Below are positions 18,044-29,745 of a stretch of DNA of 58,334 nt, one piece after another (the first letter of the stretch is position 1; every line of letters starts with the position of its first letter). A model generated the notes under the pieces. The model saw only the letters and a program-made list of their open reading frames with translations, searched no databases and was not told where the DNA came from. Where the stretch lies: contig BLZN01000132.1 of the NCBI GenBank assembly GCA_014132315.1, forward strand, positions 1 to 58,334, in the 5' to 3' direction. Both the position numbers and the translations under genes were made by a program. This stretch comes from Rickettsiales bacterium (GTDB taxonomy: Bacteria; Pseudomonadota; Alphaproteobacteria; Rickettsiales; BLZN01).

Positions 18044-19521
18044 CGCTGCCCCATCAAAAATATATCCATATCATCCACCGGAGCACTAATCAGATCTAAA
18101 ACCGGAGATGGATAGATGCCCAGCAGCACTACAATAATGCCCAGCAGCATCAACACAACAAATTCGACCCTGGTTAAATCTACTAAGTTTTCAGAGCGTT
18201 GCTCATCTCTAATTTTAGCAAAGAATATTCTTCTATATAACTGGAGCATATACACGCTGCCAAGCACTATGCCAATTAGCATCAGCAATGCATATACCTT
18301 GGACTGCCTAAATACACCAAGCATAACCAGGAATTCCCCAATAAACCCAGCAGTGCCAGGCAGGCCTATGGAGGAGATAGTAAAAAGCATAAAAAACGCA
18401 GCACCGGCGGGCATTACGCTGGTCATCCCTCCATAATCAGCGATCTTCCTGCTGCGCATTCTTTCATATAGCGTTCCGATTCCTATGAACAACGCACTTG
18501 AGATCAATCCATGGCTCAGCATTTGGAATATTGCACCTTTCAGGGCCTGGCTGTTCAGAGAAAAAATGCCCATGGTGACAAACCCCATATGCGCTATCGA
18601 GGAATAAGCAATCATTTTTTTCATGTCCTGCTGTGCCATTGCAACAAGCGAAATATAGATTATGGAAACAATGCTGATGAAATAAACCAGGCCGCAGAGC
18701 TCCTGACTGGCATCCGGAAAAAAGACCAGCGAAAACCGCAGCAAACCGTAAGCACCTATCTTAATCAAGATACCAGCCAGCATGACCGATCCTGCTGTGG
18801 GCGCCTGAACATGCGCATCAGGCAGCCAGGTGTGCACAGGCCACATGGGAATTTTGATGGCAAAAGACACAAAAAAAGCCAGCCAAAGCCACGTCTGCGC
18901 CTTCAGAGAAAGGCTTGGCAAAACCTCGGCAAGCTCAATTATATTCATGGTATGGAATCTGTTGCGGATATATAAAATTGCCAGCAGGAACAACACAGAG
19001 CCAACCAGGGTATAGATCAGTAGCTTGAAAGAGGCATATACCCTTTCTTCTCCGCCCCAAATCCCAATAATAAAAAACAATGGAATTAGAGACGCTTCGA
19101 AAAACAAGTAAAATAATAATAGGTCCAGCGAAACAAAAACCCCGATGCAGCACGCCTCTAATAAAAGCAGCATTGCTATATAAAGCCTTATTCGTTCTAA
19201 TCTGGGCGTAATGGCGATGCACAAAGGCACAAGCGCAACGGTTAAAAACACAAACAGCAAGGAAATTCCGTCTATCCCCAGAGAATAATTAAGGTGCAAA
19301 TCTGCTAACCAAGGATAAGACTCGACAAACTGAAAACCGCTTAATCCTCGATCAAAATTCAAGCACAAAATTGTCGCAAGCAAGAAATTTATCAAGGCAA
19401 ACAACAGGCCGATACCTCTTGCAGCAGCTCGGTTTTTTGCAAAAATAGCTGTGCTCAATGCCCCGAATATTGGCACGCACAACAAAGCAGATAATAGAGA
19501 ATCAACCCTGAGATATTCCAT
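18040..19521 (-). CDS. nuoM: NADH-quinone oxidoreductase subunit M
   Basis: 493 aa with the NuoM pattern (YSLGIDGISLLFVFLT, WLPDAHVQAPTAGSVMLAGILIK). Confidence 0.9.
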   Translation of the reverse strand: MEYLRVDSLLSALLCVPIFGALSTAIFAKNRAAARGIGLLFALINFLLATILCLNFDRGLSGFQFVESYPWLADLHLNYSLGIDGISLLFVFLTVALVPLCIAITPRLERIRLYIAMLLLLEACCIGVFVSLDLLLFYLFFEASLIPLFFIIGIWGGEERVYASFKLLIYTLVGSVLFLLAILYIRNRFHTMNIIELAEVLPSLSLKAQTWLWLAFFVSFAIKIPMWPVHTWLPDAHVQAPTAGSVMLAGILIKIGAYGLLRFSLVFFPDASQELCGLVYFISIVSIIYISLVAMAQQDMKKMIAYSSIAHMGFVTMGIFSLNSQALKGAIFQMLSHGLISSALFIGIGTLYERMRSRKIADYGGMTSVMPAGAAFFMLFTISSIGLPGTAGFIGEFLVMLGVFRQSKVYALLMLIGIVLGSVYMLQLYRRIFFAKIRDEQRSENLVDLTRVEFVVLMLLGIIVVLLGIYPSPVLDLISAPVDDMDIFLMGQR

Positions 19522-19545
19522 CCAAACTCATAAAAATATTAATGC

Positions 19546-21435
19546 TCAAAGATAAACATTAAGGAAATAATTATTCATTATCCAACTAATTAAAAATATA
19601 ATACCTATCACCATAACAAATGCATAATTAAATATATATCCGACATGAATTTTAGTAATATATCCGGATAATGCATAAGAAATTTTCGCGATCATTTTTG
19701 GCCCCAGCCCATCTATAATCCTTCTGTCAAACACATTGCCACAAAATCTACTCAGCAAAATCATAGGCTTAACTAACATAAAATTATAGATCTCATCAAA
19801 ATACCATTTGTTGGCCATAAAATCAGCAAATAAACCCCTTTGCGTGAAAAACCGTTTCGCCAGCATGAATGCAAAAAATATCCCCGCAATGCTGAGCAAA
19901 GTAGGCAAGAAACGAATCAGATAATCGCCATGCCCCTCCTCTGTCGCGTTCCCTAGCTCATGTAAATCCCAAAAATTATTTCTATAAACACCTAGTCTAT
20001 GCCCCAAATAACCTAGAGATAAAGAAAATAGGGTCAAAACAACCAAAGGAAACAGCATAGACGCGGGAGGTTCATGCGGACTAGCAAACGCAGCATATCT
20101 AGATTCACCAAAAAATGCATAATTCAGTAGCCGGAAAGAATAATACGCAGTCAAGAAAACCGAAACAAGGCCCAAGGCAAATGCAAAATCCGCAGCAGCA
20201 GAACCATGGGCATAAGCTGCCTCTAATATCAGATCCTTGGAAAAATATCCTGAAAAGGGAAATATACCGGCAATAGAAAAAGATCCGACCAGCATGAATG
20301 CAAAAGTAAGTGGCATTTTGCGCCTAATACCCCCCATTTTGGATAAGTCCTGCTCCCCGCCCAAGGCATGTATTATGCTGCCTGCGCCTAAAAACAACAA
20401 AGACTTGAAAAAAGCGTGGGTCACTAAGTGAAACATGCCGACTCCATAAGCAGAAACACCGCAAGCAAAAACCATATATCCTAACTGGCTGCAGGTGGAA
20501 TACGCAATGACTTTTTTGATGTCTTTCTGCCCAATAGCCACTGCTGCACCAAAAAAACAAGTCACTGCACCCACGGCAGTCATGGTCATGCGTGCAAGCT
20601 CCGCATACTCAAACAATGGCGCACACCTGATGATTAAGAATATCCCGGCAGTTACCATCGTAGCTGCATGAATCAAAGCTGAAACCGGGGTCGGCCCCTC
20701 CATGGCATCTGGCAGCCAAACGTGAAATCCAATCTGCGCAGACTTGCCCATACACCCAATCAGCAGGCAAATGCAAATAAAATCTATATATTTAATACCG
20801 TGAAATTTCTCATGGTAAGAACTGGCACCTACGAAGACTTGCTCAAAATTTAGGCTGCCAAACGCATGATAAATGGCAAACATGCCCAGCACAAATCCAC
20901 AATCAGCTAGCCTATTAACCATAAATGCTTTGATGGAAGCTGAATTTGCAGCATCTTTCTGAAACCAAAAACCAATGAGCAAATATGAGCATAGCCCCAC
21001 CCCCTCCCAGCCAAAAAACATCTGCAAGAAATTATCACTGACCACCAAAACCATCATAAAGGCAGTAAACATCGATAAATAACAAAAAAATCTTGGCTGA
21101 CCAGGATCGCTGTGCATGTAACCAAAAGAATATATATGCACCAGGGAAGAAACTGTGCTCACTACAGCCAACATGGCCGCAGACAGCATATCAACCCTGA
21201 TACCCCAAAATACTTTGAAATCACCAATAGCTATCCAGGGAAATAGTCTACTTTGAATTATATTAGTACCTTCCCCTCCGCTAAAAATATTCCACAGCAA
21301 ATACCAAGACAATGCAGCTGAGGCCACAACGCAGCCAGTAGTGATCATTCCTGCCCAGATCTTAGGGAGCCTCAGGCAAAAAAGCCCAGCAGAAAATGCA
21401 CCTAAGATAGGCAGAAAAACTACAATATTCTCCAT
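19546..21435 (-). CDS. nuoL: NADH-quinone oxidoreductase subunit L
   Basis: 629 aa with the motif FFGWEGVGLCSYLLIGFWF. The C-terminal extension is consistent with the NuoL lateral helix plus last TM segment. Confidence 0.92.
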   Translation of the reverse strand: MENIVVFLPILGAFSAGLFCLRLPKIWAGMITTGCVVASAALSWYLLWNIFSGGEGTNIIQSRLFPWIAIGDFKVFWGIRVDMLSAAMLAVVSTVSSLVHIYSFGYMHSDPGQPRFFCYLSMFTAFMMVLVVSDNFLQMFFGWEGVGLCSYLLIGFWFQKDAANSASIKAFMVNRLADCGFVLGMFAIYHAFGSLNFEQVFVGASSYHEKFHGIKYIDFICICLLIGCMGKSAQIGFHVWLPDAMEGPTPVSALIHAATMVTAGIFLIIRCAPLFEYAELARMTMTAVGAVTCFFGAAVAIGQKDIKKVIAYSTCSQLGYMVFACGVSAYGVGMFHLVTHAFFKSLLFLGAGSIIHALGGEQDLSKMGGIRRKMPLTFAFMLVGSFSIAGIFPFSGYFSKDLILEAAYAHGSAAADFAFALGLVSVFLTAYYSFRLLNYAFFGESRYAAFASPHEPPASMLFPLVVLTLFSLSLGYLGHRLGVYRNNFWDLHELGNATEEGHGDYLIRFLPTLLSIAGIFFAFMLAKRFFTQRGLFADFMANKWYFDEIYNFMLVKPMILLSRFCGNVFDRRIIDGLGPKMIAKISYALSGYITKIHVGYIFNYAFVMVIGIIFLISWIMNNYFLNVYL

Positions 21436-21439
21436 TTAT

Positions 21440-21754
21440 TTACTCACGAATATCACTAATCTCTATGCTACCTGCATGCCTAAAATAGGCCAACAATATG
21501 GCAAGGCCAATGGCTGCCTCTGCAGCCGCAATAGTCAGAACAAGCATGGCAGCAATCTGGCCTTTTATGTCCCCTAAAAAAACCGAAAAAGCGACAAAAT
21601 TAATATTAACTGACAGAAGCACCAATTCTATGCACATAATTATATTTATTAAGTTTTTGCGGTTAAGAAATACACCACACAAGCCTATGACAAACACAGT
21701 CGCTGACAGCACGAGATAGTGCTTCAAAGTTATGGTATGTAACAGCTCACTCAC
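21440..21754 (-). CDS. nuoK: NADH-quinone oxidoreductase subunit K
   Basis: 104 aa with three TM segments and the typical NuoK pattern ([33 protein letters not shown]). Confidence 0.92.
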   Translation of the reverse strand: MSELLHTITLKHYLVLSATVFVIGLCGVFLNRKNLINIIMCIELVLLSVNINFVAFSVFLGDIKGQIAAMLVLTIAAAEAAIGLAILLAYFRHAGSIEISDIRE

Positions 21755-22319
21755 CTAAACCCTCGCCTGTTTTGACTTTTACTATCTCCAAAGTATCTTT
21801 CGGGGAGCGCAATGCAGGTCTGTGCTGCAATTTGTTTCCCCTGCTCTTTCTCAAAGTTAAGACAACAGCCCCTATCATCGCGGTCAGCAGTATGGCGCCA
21901 CAAATCTGGAACAATAATATATAATCCGTATATAGAACCTTACCGATTTCTCTAGCAGCATCCATTTCAACCAATTTGAATCCGTCATAGCTCACAGAGT
22001 CAAAAATAAAATACATATCCATCAATAATACTAGCGCAATAAGGGCTCCAGCAGGCAGATACCTAACAAAGCCCTCACGCAATTTAGCTAAATTTATATT
22101 CAGCATCATGACCACAAACAAGAACAAAACCGCCACTGCGCCGACATATACAATCAGCAGGAGCATCGCCAGAAACTCCGCACCAATAATTATAAGTAAA
22201 CCCGCAGAGCAAAAAAAGGATAGTATTAAAAATAAAACAGAATACACAGGATTTTTGCTAAAGGTCACCACCGACGCGGACAATACAACTAATAAGGCAA
22301 AAAAATAAAATAATGTCAT
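21747..22319 (-). CDS. nuoJ: NADH-quinone oxidoreductase subunit J
   Basis: 190 aa with the pattern [51 protein letters not shown], typical of NuoJ. Confidence 0.92.
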   Translation of the reverse strand: MTLFYFFALLVVLSASVVTFSKNPVYSVLFLILSFFCSAGLLIIIGAEFLAMLLLIVYVGAVAVLFLFVVMMLNINLAKLREGFVRYLPAGALIALVLLMDMYFIFDSVSYDGFKLVEMDAAREIGKVLYTDYILLFQICGAILLTAMIGAVVLTLRKSRGNKLQHRPALRSPKDTLEIVKVKTGEGLGE

Positions 22320-22335
22320 ATATATTAATCTTTAA

Positions 22336-23352
22336 TCAGCTCCCAAACACTTCCTTTAATTTAACTCTCTGCTCGTCATTGAGAGAAATAAACCCCATAC
22401 CAGATAAATACCCCTCAGGAGCAATGGCAGCATCGCTGATAATCTCCTTTATAAAATCCTTCAATCCTATAATTGAATCGAGCTCATCTTTCTTAATATA
22501 CACGTAAAGTGGCCTAGTTAAACTATATTTACCGGATAATATATTCTCCTTTGTGGGCATTACTCCGCCAAACAAATTAGCCTTTATATCCTCGCTGTTC
22601 TGCTCTAAAAAACTAAAACTCACAATTCCGAGGGCATTTGTGTTGGATATCAGCTTACGGATGATTACGCTATCATTTTCTGCAGCTTCAATAAAAAAAC
22701 CATCGTGGCGGAGCTTCCGACATTGCTCTTCCCTATCTGGCAAGTGTGGATAATCCATCTGAAATTCCTTCATGCGCACGCATCTAGGCAAAAAAATTAG
22801 GTTCAGGAAAATATCACGAGTTCCGCTGCCGCTCGGAGGCCCGTAAATCTCAATTCTGCGATCAGGCAAAGTGAGATCTATCTGGGACCAATTGCTATAA
22901 AAATTAGCAACAATATTGCCGTCCTTGACAATCTTGGCTGCCACTGCTTTGAAAATATGATCTTGAGTTAAATTAAAAGCAGGGCCGTTTTTTGAGTTCA
23001 CAATAATCAGGCCATCATAGCCAATTTTCAGCTCAATCAATTCGCCAGTGCCAGCGCAAAGACTGGATTCGCTGGCTCTAATTTGCCTAGAGGCAACCAG
23101 AACATTCGCGATATATTTATCCTTACTTCTGCAAAACAGACTAAATCCCGCACCAGTGCTGCTGGATTCAACATAAGGGGAGGCAAATATACTATTTCGA
23201 CCAAATTCCTCTGCAATGCGCGTGATAAATGGATATACCACAGAAGAACCAACAACATGTATTCTTTCTCTAGCTAAGCCAAAAGGACTGGCCTCGAAAG
23301 AAAATAAAATGAGCATTAATATAAGTAACGGCATAAAGTAGCCTTGTCGCAT
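22336..23352 (-). CDS. PstS-family (PBP2-type) phosphate-binding periplasmic protein
   Basis: 338 aa with a signal-peptide-like N-terminus and the motifs VVGSSVVYPF and PPSGSGTRD, typical of the alphaproteobacterial PstS-family substrate-binding proteins. Lies 16 nt upstream of nuoJ on the same strand. Confidence 0.75.
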   Translation of the reverse strand: MRQGYFMPLLILMLILFSFEASPFGLARERIHVVGSSVVYPFITRIAEEFGRNSIFASPYVESSSTGAGFSLFCRSKDKYIANVLVASRQIRASESSLCAGTGELIELKIGYDGLIIVNSKNGPAFNLTQDHIFKAVAAKIVKDGNIVANFYSNWSQIDLTLPDRRIEIYGPPSGSGTRDIFLNLIFLPRCVRMKEFQMDYPHLPDREEQCRKLRHDGFFIEAAENDSVIIRKLISNTNALGIVSFSFLEQNSEDIKANLFGGVMPTKENILSGKYSLTRPLYVYIKKDELDSIIGLKDFIKEIISDAAIAPEGYLSGMGFISLNDEQRVKLKEVFGS

Positions 23353-23376
23353 CTAATAAGAGCTATTATAATATAG

Positions 23377-25768
<2,392 letters not shown>

Positions 25769-25770
<2 letters not shown>

Positions 25771-25796
25771 CCTGATTAGGTAGGCTGCTTATTTTT
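25769..25796 (+). terminator. Candidate intrinsic terminator of gyrB
   Basis: AGCCT-gattaggt-AGGCT hairpin overlapping the TAG stop, followed by GCTTATTTTTG. The stem is only 5 bp. Confidence 0.35.
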
Positions 25797-25847
25797 GTTA
25801 ATAAATATTATTATTATTATTAATAAATTATTGTTCTGCAAATTTGA

Positions 25848-26480
25848 CTAGCCAAATTCATCCTGGATTTTCTGTCTAATTTCATCAGGCGGATCCTGCC
25901 CCCAGCCAGAATATAGAACCTTTCCGTAATCAGCCACATCAAGAGAGCCGCCCTGGGTTTTCTTCAAAAATACCGGCAGTTTCACTTTATCAACCAAAAC
26001 ATAATGCCACGCTGCCTTTCCCTTATCTTTACCCCTTACCAAATATACTAAATTACCTCTCTTTTTACTAAGTGTCTCAGAGAATCCATCCTCCCCGCCC
26101 TTTCCTTGACCGCTAGCAAAATTACTACCAGCTTTCTTTTGCGCCATCTTTGAGAAGGATTTTTTGTCAGGTTTTGGTTTTTTTTGTGGTGCAGGCCTCT
26201 TTTCGAATTTCGAAGTAAAAGCAGAGGCGCTACCAGCATCAGAATCCAGCGGAGGTTGCGTGCTTGCTTTGCTAGCCCTAACTCGTTCTTTTATGTTGGT
26301 GTGCAATTTATTCAATAAAGCCAGAAGCTGCTTCAACAAAGCTAAAATAGTTTTGATGATCTTGCTTTCTCTGTTCCCAAGTCTAGATTCAATTATCCTG
26401 ACAGCCATTCCAATGAACTTTATGGTTAGCCAAATCACCATAAGTATCAGCTGGGTCATCAAAGAAAACAACGACATCAT
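25848..26480 (-). CDS. Hypothetical membrane-anchored protein with Lys/Pro/Ser-rich linker and small conserved-looking C-terminal domain
   Basis: 210 aa with an N-terminal TM helix (LILMVIWLTIKFIGMAV) and a low-complexity linker (KRPAPQKKPKPDKK). The C-terminal roughly 70 aa reads AAWHYVLVDKVKLPVFL...DYGKVLYSGWGQDPPDE. I recognise no family. Confidence 0.55.
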   Translation of the reverse strand: MMSLFSLMTQLILMVIWLTIKFIGMAVRIIESRLGNRESKIIKTILALLKQLLALLNKLHTNIKERVRASKASTQPPLDSDAGSASAFTSKFEKRPAPQKKPKPDKKSFSKMAQKKAGSNFASGQGKGGEDGFSETLSKKRGNLVYLVRGKDKGKAAWHYVLVDKVKLPVFLKKTQGGSLDVADYGKVLYSGWGQDPPDEIRQKIQDEFG

Positions 26481-26579
26481 GAACCTTTACCTATACAACT
26501 ATAAAAGATATAATAAGCTGGCGGATATGTCAAAATTACATCAACAAGAAACCAATTAGAAACTAATTTAGCAAAAAAC

Positions 26580-27467
26580 ATGCAACAAATCATTTACATG
26601 ATAACAGGCCCCACTGCAACAGGCAAATCAGAGATGGCATCAAAATTAGCGCAAAAAATAAATGGAATAGTTATCAATGCAGATTCCAAACAAATATACA
26701 GAGAAATACCAGTCATCACTGCACAACCTGCAGATAATATTGTGCCGCACTGGCTTTATGGACATATTTCTGTAAAAGATGAATATTCTGTAGCACACTG
26801 GCTGAAAGATGTGACCAGAGCAATAAATGCCGCCTGGGATAAAAAGATGACCCCGATACTCACAGGTGGCACGGGATTTTACTTAAAAGCACTAACCAAC
26901 GGTCTAAATTCCTTGCCGAAAATCAGTGAATCAACCAAGCAAAAAGTGCAGCATATGCTGAAGACAGAAAAAAGAGAGCAGCTGCATGATTTTTTGGTCA
27001 GCAAAGACCCAGAAGCTGCTAGCAAAATATATCCTGGTGACTCTTATCGTTTGGGGCGTGCGTTGGAAATTATCATGCAAAGCAACAAAACGCCGACAGA
27101 ATGGAAAAAAGCAAGGCCAGAGATGCCGATACCTAATGCAACATTCAAGAAATATGTAGTTAACTTCGCAAGAGAAAAGATATATGGAAAAATCAATCTC
27201 AGGTTCATCAATATGATGAAACAAGGAGCATTAGAAGAGGCAGAGACTCTGCTATCGATGAATTTGCCCCAGAATTCACCTGCAATGAAAAGCCATGGAA
27301 TCCCCGAGCTGATTCAGTATCTACAGGGCAAAATTTCCTTAAGCCAAGCAACTACAAAAGCACAGCAAAACACCCGTAATTATGCCAAAAGGCAGCTAAC
27401 TTGGCTTAGAAAGCAAATGCCTGATGCGCAACCGGTTGCCAGCATAAAAGATATATGTGACATATAA
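26580..27467 (+). CDS. miaA: tRNA dimethylallyltransferase
   Basis: 295 aa with P-loop ITGPTATGKS and the typical MiaA pattern (GGTGFYLKAL, RNYAKRQLTWLR). Confidence 0.92.
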   Translation: MQQIIYMITGPTATGKSEMASKLAQKINGIVINADSKQIYREIPVITAQPADNIVPHWLYGHISVKDEYSVAHWLKDVTRAINAAWDKKMTPILTGGTGFYLKALTNGLNSLPKISESTKQKVQHMLKTEKREQLHDFLVSKDPEAASKIYPGDSYRLGRALEIIMQSNKTPTEWKKARPEMPIPNATFKKYVVNFAREKIYGKINLRFINMMKQGALEEAETLLSMNLPQNSPAMKSHGIPELIQYLQGKISLSQATTKAQQNTRNYAKRQLTWLRKQMPDAQPVASIKDICDI

Positions 27468-27476
27468 ACACAAAGC

Positions 27477-28745
27477 ATGCTCAGAAATTTTGAGATAAGT
27501 CTGGCCCTGCGCTATTTGCGCTCAAGAGCGAAAGAAAAATTTATCTCAGTAGTGGCAATTTTTTCTTTGCTGGGCATTGCCCTGGGGGTCACAACCTTGA
27601 TTGTAGTAACATCAGTAATGAACGGCTTTCATGAGGAGTTGCTGAGCAAGCTAATCGGGATCAGAGGGCAAATTACCATATATAAATCTGCTGGCAAAGG
27701 AATCGGGATAAGAAGCTATAGCGAAATAAAAGAGCAAATACTGGCCATAAAGTCAGTCAAGGTGTCTGTGCCTACAATCAATAGGCAGATATTGATCATA
27801 AATAACAAAGGCAGCAGCTCAGGAGCAATAATCAATGCAGTGGAAGATATCGACCAACTGCCTATGATAGCGAAAAAAATCATTATTGGATCAGGCAAAA
27901 ATTTTTCTAATGGCGTGCCCAATGGAGTGATCATAGGTTCTGGCTTGGCAAAAAATCTGGGACTTGAAATCGGAGATAAAATCAAGGCGATTGATCCCAG
28001 CAGTCAGGGCATTAGCCCGCGCAATATGACCCCTAAGGTAACACAACTTGAAATAATCGCTATTTTTAGCACTGGCATGCTTGAATATGACAATATATAT
28101 ATATACATGCCTCTAAAGATTGCACAAAATATATTCAAAGCTAAAGACACAGTTGACTACATAGAAATTTTTCTTGATGATCCTATGAAATCCAAGGAAA
28201 TCATCAGTAATATTGCTCTTGGGCTAGAGGGAGGAAACTTATGCATAACTGACTGGCAAGCACAGAACCAGCATTATATTCAGGCTCTCAACACAGAAAG
28301 AAGAGTAACTTTCCTGGTGATAACTTTGATAATAGTCGTTGCAGCATTTAATATCACCTCAAGCCTGATTATGCTAGTACAAGAAAAAAAAGGTAACATC
28401 GCAATATTAAGGACCATGGGTGCTAGCAGAGGCAGCATAATGAAAATATTCTTCATATGCGGGGCAATTATTGGTGCTCTAGGCACTCTAATAGGGGCAT
28501 CAGTGGGAATTTGCATCATAATTAACTTTGAAAATATTAAGGATTTTTTGTATAAATTTATCAATAATAAAGTTTTAAAACCTATCATAATATTTATTAT
28601 AGAGCTGCCTGCAGACCTAAAATATCAGGATATGCTGTTCATAGTCACAATCGCCCTAGGGCTCTCATTTCTTGCCACTATATTCCCCGCCTATAAAGCA
28701 GCAAAGCACAACCCGGCAGACATACTGCGCTATAACTCATTGTAA
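27477..28745 (+). CDS. lolC: Lipoprotein-releasing system transmembrane permease LolC/LolE
   Basis: 422 aa with MacB-type topology and an FtsX C-terminal domain. The N-terminus FEISLALRYLRSR is typical of LolC/E. Confidence 0.85.
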   Translation: MLRNFEISLALRYLRSRAKEKFISVVAIFSLLGIALGVTTLIVVTSVMNGFHEELLSKLIGIRGQITIYKSAGKGIGIRSYSEIKEQILAIKSVKVSVPTINRQILIINNKGSSSGAIINAVEDIDQLPMIAKKIIIGSGKNFSNGVPNGVIIGSGLAKNLGLEIGDKIKAIDPSSQGISPRNMTPKVTQLEIIAIFSTGMLEYDNIYIYMPLKIAQNIFKAKDTVDYIEIFLDDPMKSKEIISNIALGLEGGNLCITDWQAQNQHYIQALNTERRVTFLVITLIIVVAAFNITSSLIMLVQEKKGNIAILRTMGASRGSIMKIFFICGAIIGALGTLIGASVGICIIINFENIKDFLYKFINNKVLKPIIIFIIELPADLKYQDMLFIVTIALGLSFLATIFPAYKAAKHNPADILRYNSL

Positions 28746-28765
28746 CAATACACATCAAAACGGAC

Positions 28766-28794
28766 TTGACATTACAAAGTCATTGAGCTAGAAA
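28766..28794 (+). promoter_or_regulatory. Candidate sigma70-type promoter of the rpsB-tsf-pyrH-frr cluster
   Basis: TTGACA (28766-28771), a 17-nt spacer, then TAGAAA (28789-28794), about 55 nt upstream of the rpsB ATG. Pattern match only. Confidence 0.35.
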
Positions 28795-28849
28795 TAAAAT
28801 ATAAATCCTAGGTTTTATTGATATATTTCACTGCAAATTATAGGAATCC

Positions 28850-29719
28850 ATGGTTGCAACAATACCAAGCTTTACTATGCAAGATCTATTTGAAGCAGGG
28901 GTGCATTTCGGACACAGAGCATCACTCTGGAATCCTCTGATGGAATCTTTCATCTATGGCAAGCAAAATAACACTCACATAATTGACCTCCAAAAAACAA
29001 CCCCTCTGCTGCATAATGCTCTATCCGCAATATTTAAAATCGCCAAACAAAGGGGAAGAATTTTGTTTATAGGCACAAAAATGCAGGTTGGGCCGATAAT
29101 CGCAGAAGCAGCAGAGCGTTGCGGCCAACATTACATCAATCATCGTTGGCTAGGCGGTACTTTCACAAATTGGCCCACCATATCTGGATCTATCAAGCAG
29201 CTAGTCAAGATAGAGGAATCTTTGGCAGAAGATAATCCGGACTTAACAAAAAAAGAAAAATTAACATTGCAACGCAAAAAAGATAAAATGGATAGATTGT
29301 TCTGCGGAATAAGGGAGATGGGCGGGTTGCCAGATCTTGTGTTTATAATCGACGCGCATAAAGAGAGCACAGCAATCAAAGAAGCCAAAAAAGCTGGGAT
29401 ACCCATCGTTGCAGTATTAGACACCAACTGCGATCCAAGAGGAATAGATTATCCCATTCCTGGCAATGATGACTCAACAAGAGCAATCAAGCTCTATTGC
29501 GAACTGGTTGCAGAAAGTATCTTAGCAGGGATTGAAGCAGATTTGTCGCAATCAGGCACCAACATCAAAAGCACAGAAGATTTGGAGCAGCAGATAAAGC
29601 AAAACAATGATGATCAGCAGCAGCCCGACAAGAAAAGTGATGACGGCGGTAAAAATGAGGATATGCAAAATGCCGCTTCTGCAGACAATCAAGCCGCAAG
29701 TGATACAAAGCGGCAATAA
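28850..29719 (+). CDS. rpsB: 30S ribosomal protein S2
   Basis: 289 aa with the core pattern LFEAGVHFGHRASLWNP and a Toprim-like region. Carries an acidic/Gln-rich C-terminal tail of about 55 aa. Confidence 0.95.
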   Translation: MVATIPSFTMQDLFEAGVHFGHRASLWNPLMESFIYGKQNNTHIIDLQKTTPLLHNALSAIFKIAKQRGRILFIGTKMQVGPIIAEAAERCGQHYINHRWLGGTFTNWPTISGSIKQLVKIEESLAEDNPDLTKKEKLTLQRKKDKMDRLFCGIREMGGLPDLVFIIDAHKESTAIKEAKKAGIPIVAVLDTNCDPRGIDYPIPGNDDSTRAIKLYCELVAESILAGIEADLSQSGTNIKSTEDLEQQIKQNNDDQQQPDKKSDDGGKNEDMQNAASADNQAASDTKRQ

Positions 29720-29745
29720 CAAACAATACATTTTATTTATAAAAC

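Noticed and set aside
22745-22753. Perfect DnaA box complement TGTGGATAA
   Set aside because: It is a single copy inside the PstS-like coding sequence, with no cluster, no AT-rich unwinding element and no origin-associated genes nearby.
25807-25821. (ATT)5 microsatellite after gyrB, (GAGCT)3 in ftsK (36595-36609) and a 9-nt tandem duplication (56912-56929)
   Set aside because: These are very short repeats with no spacer-repeat architecture. They are neither CRISPR nor minisatellite arrays. The ftsK and right-edge ORF repeats are in frame and lie in low-complexity coding regions.
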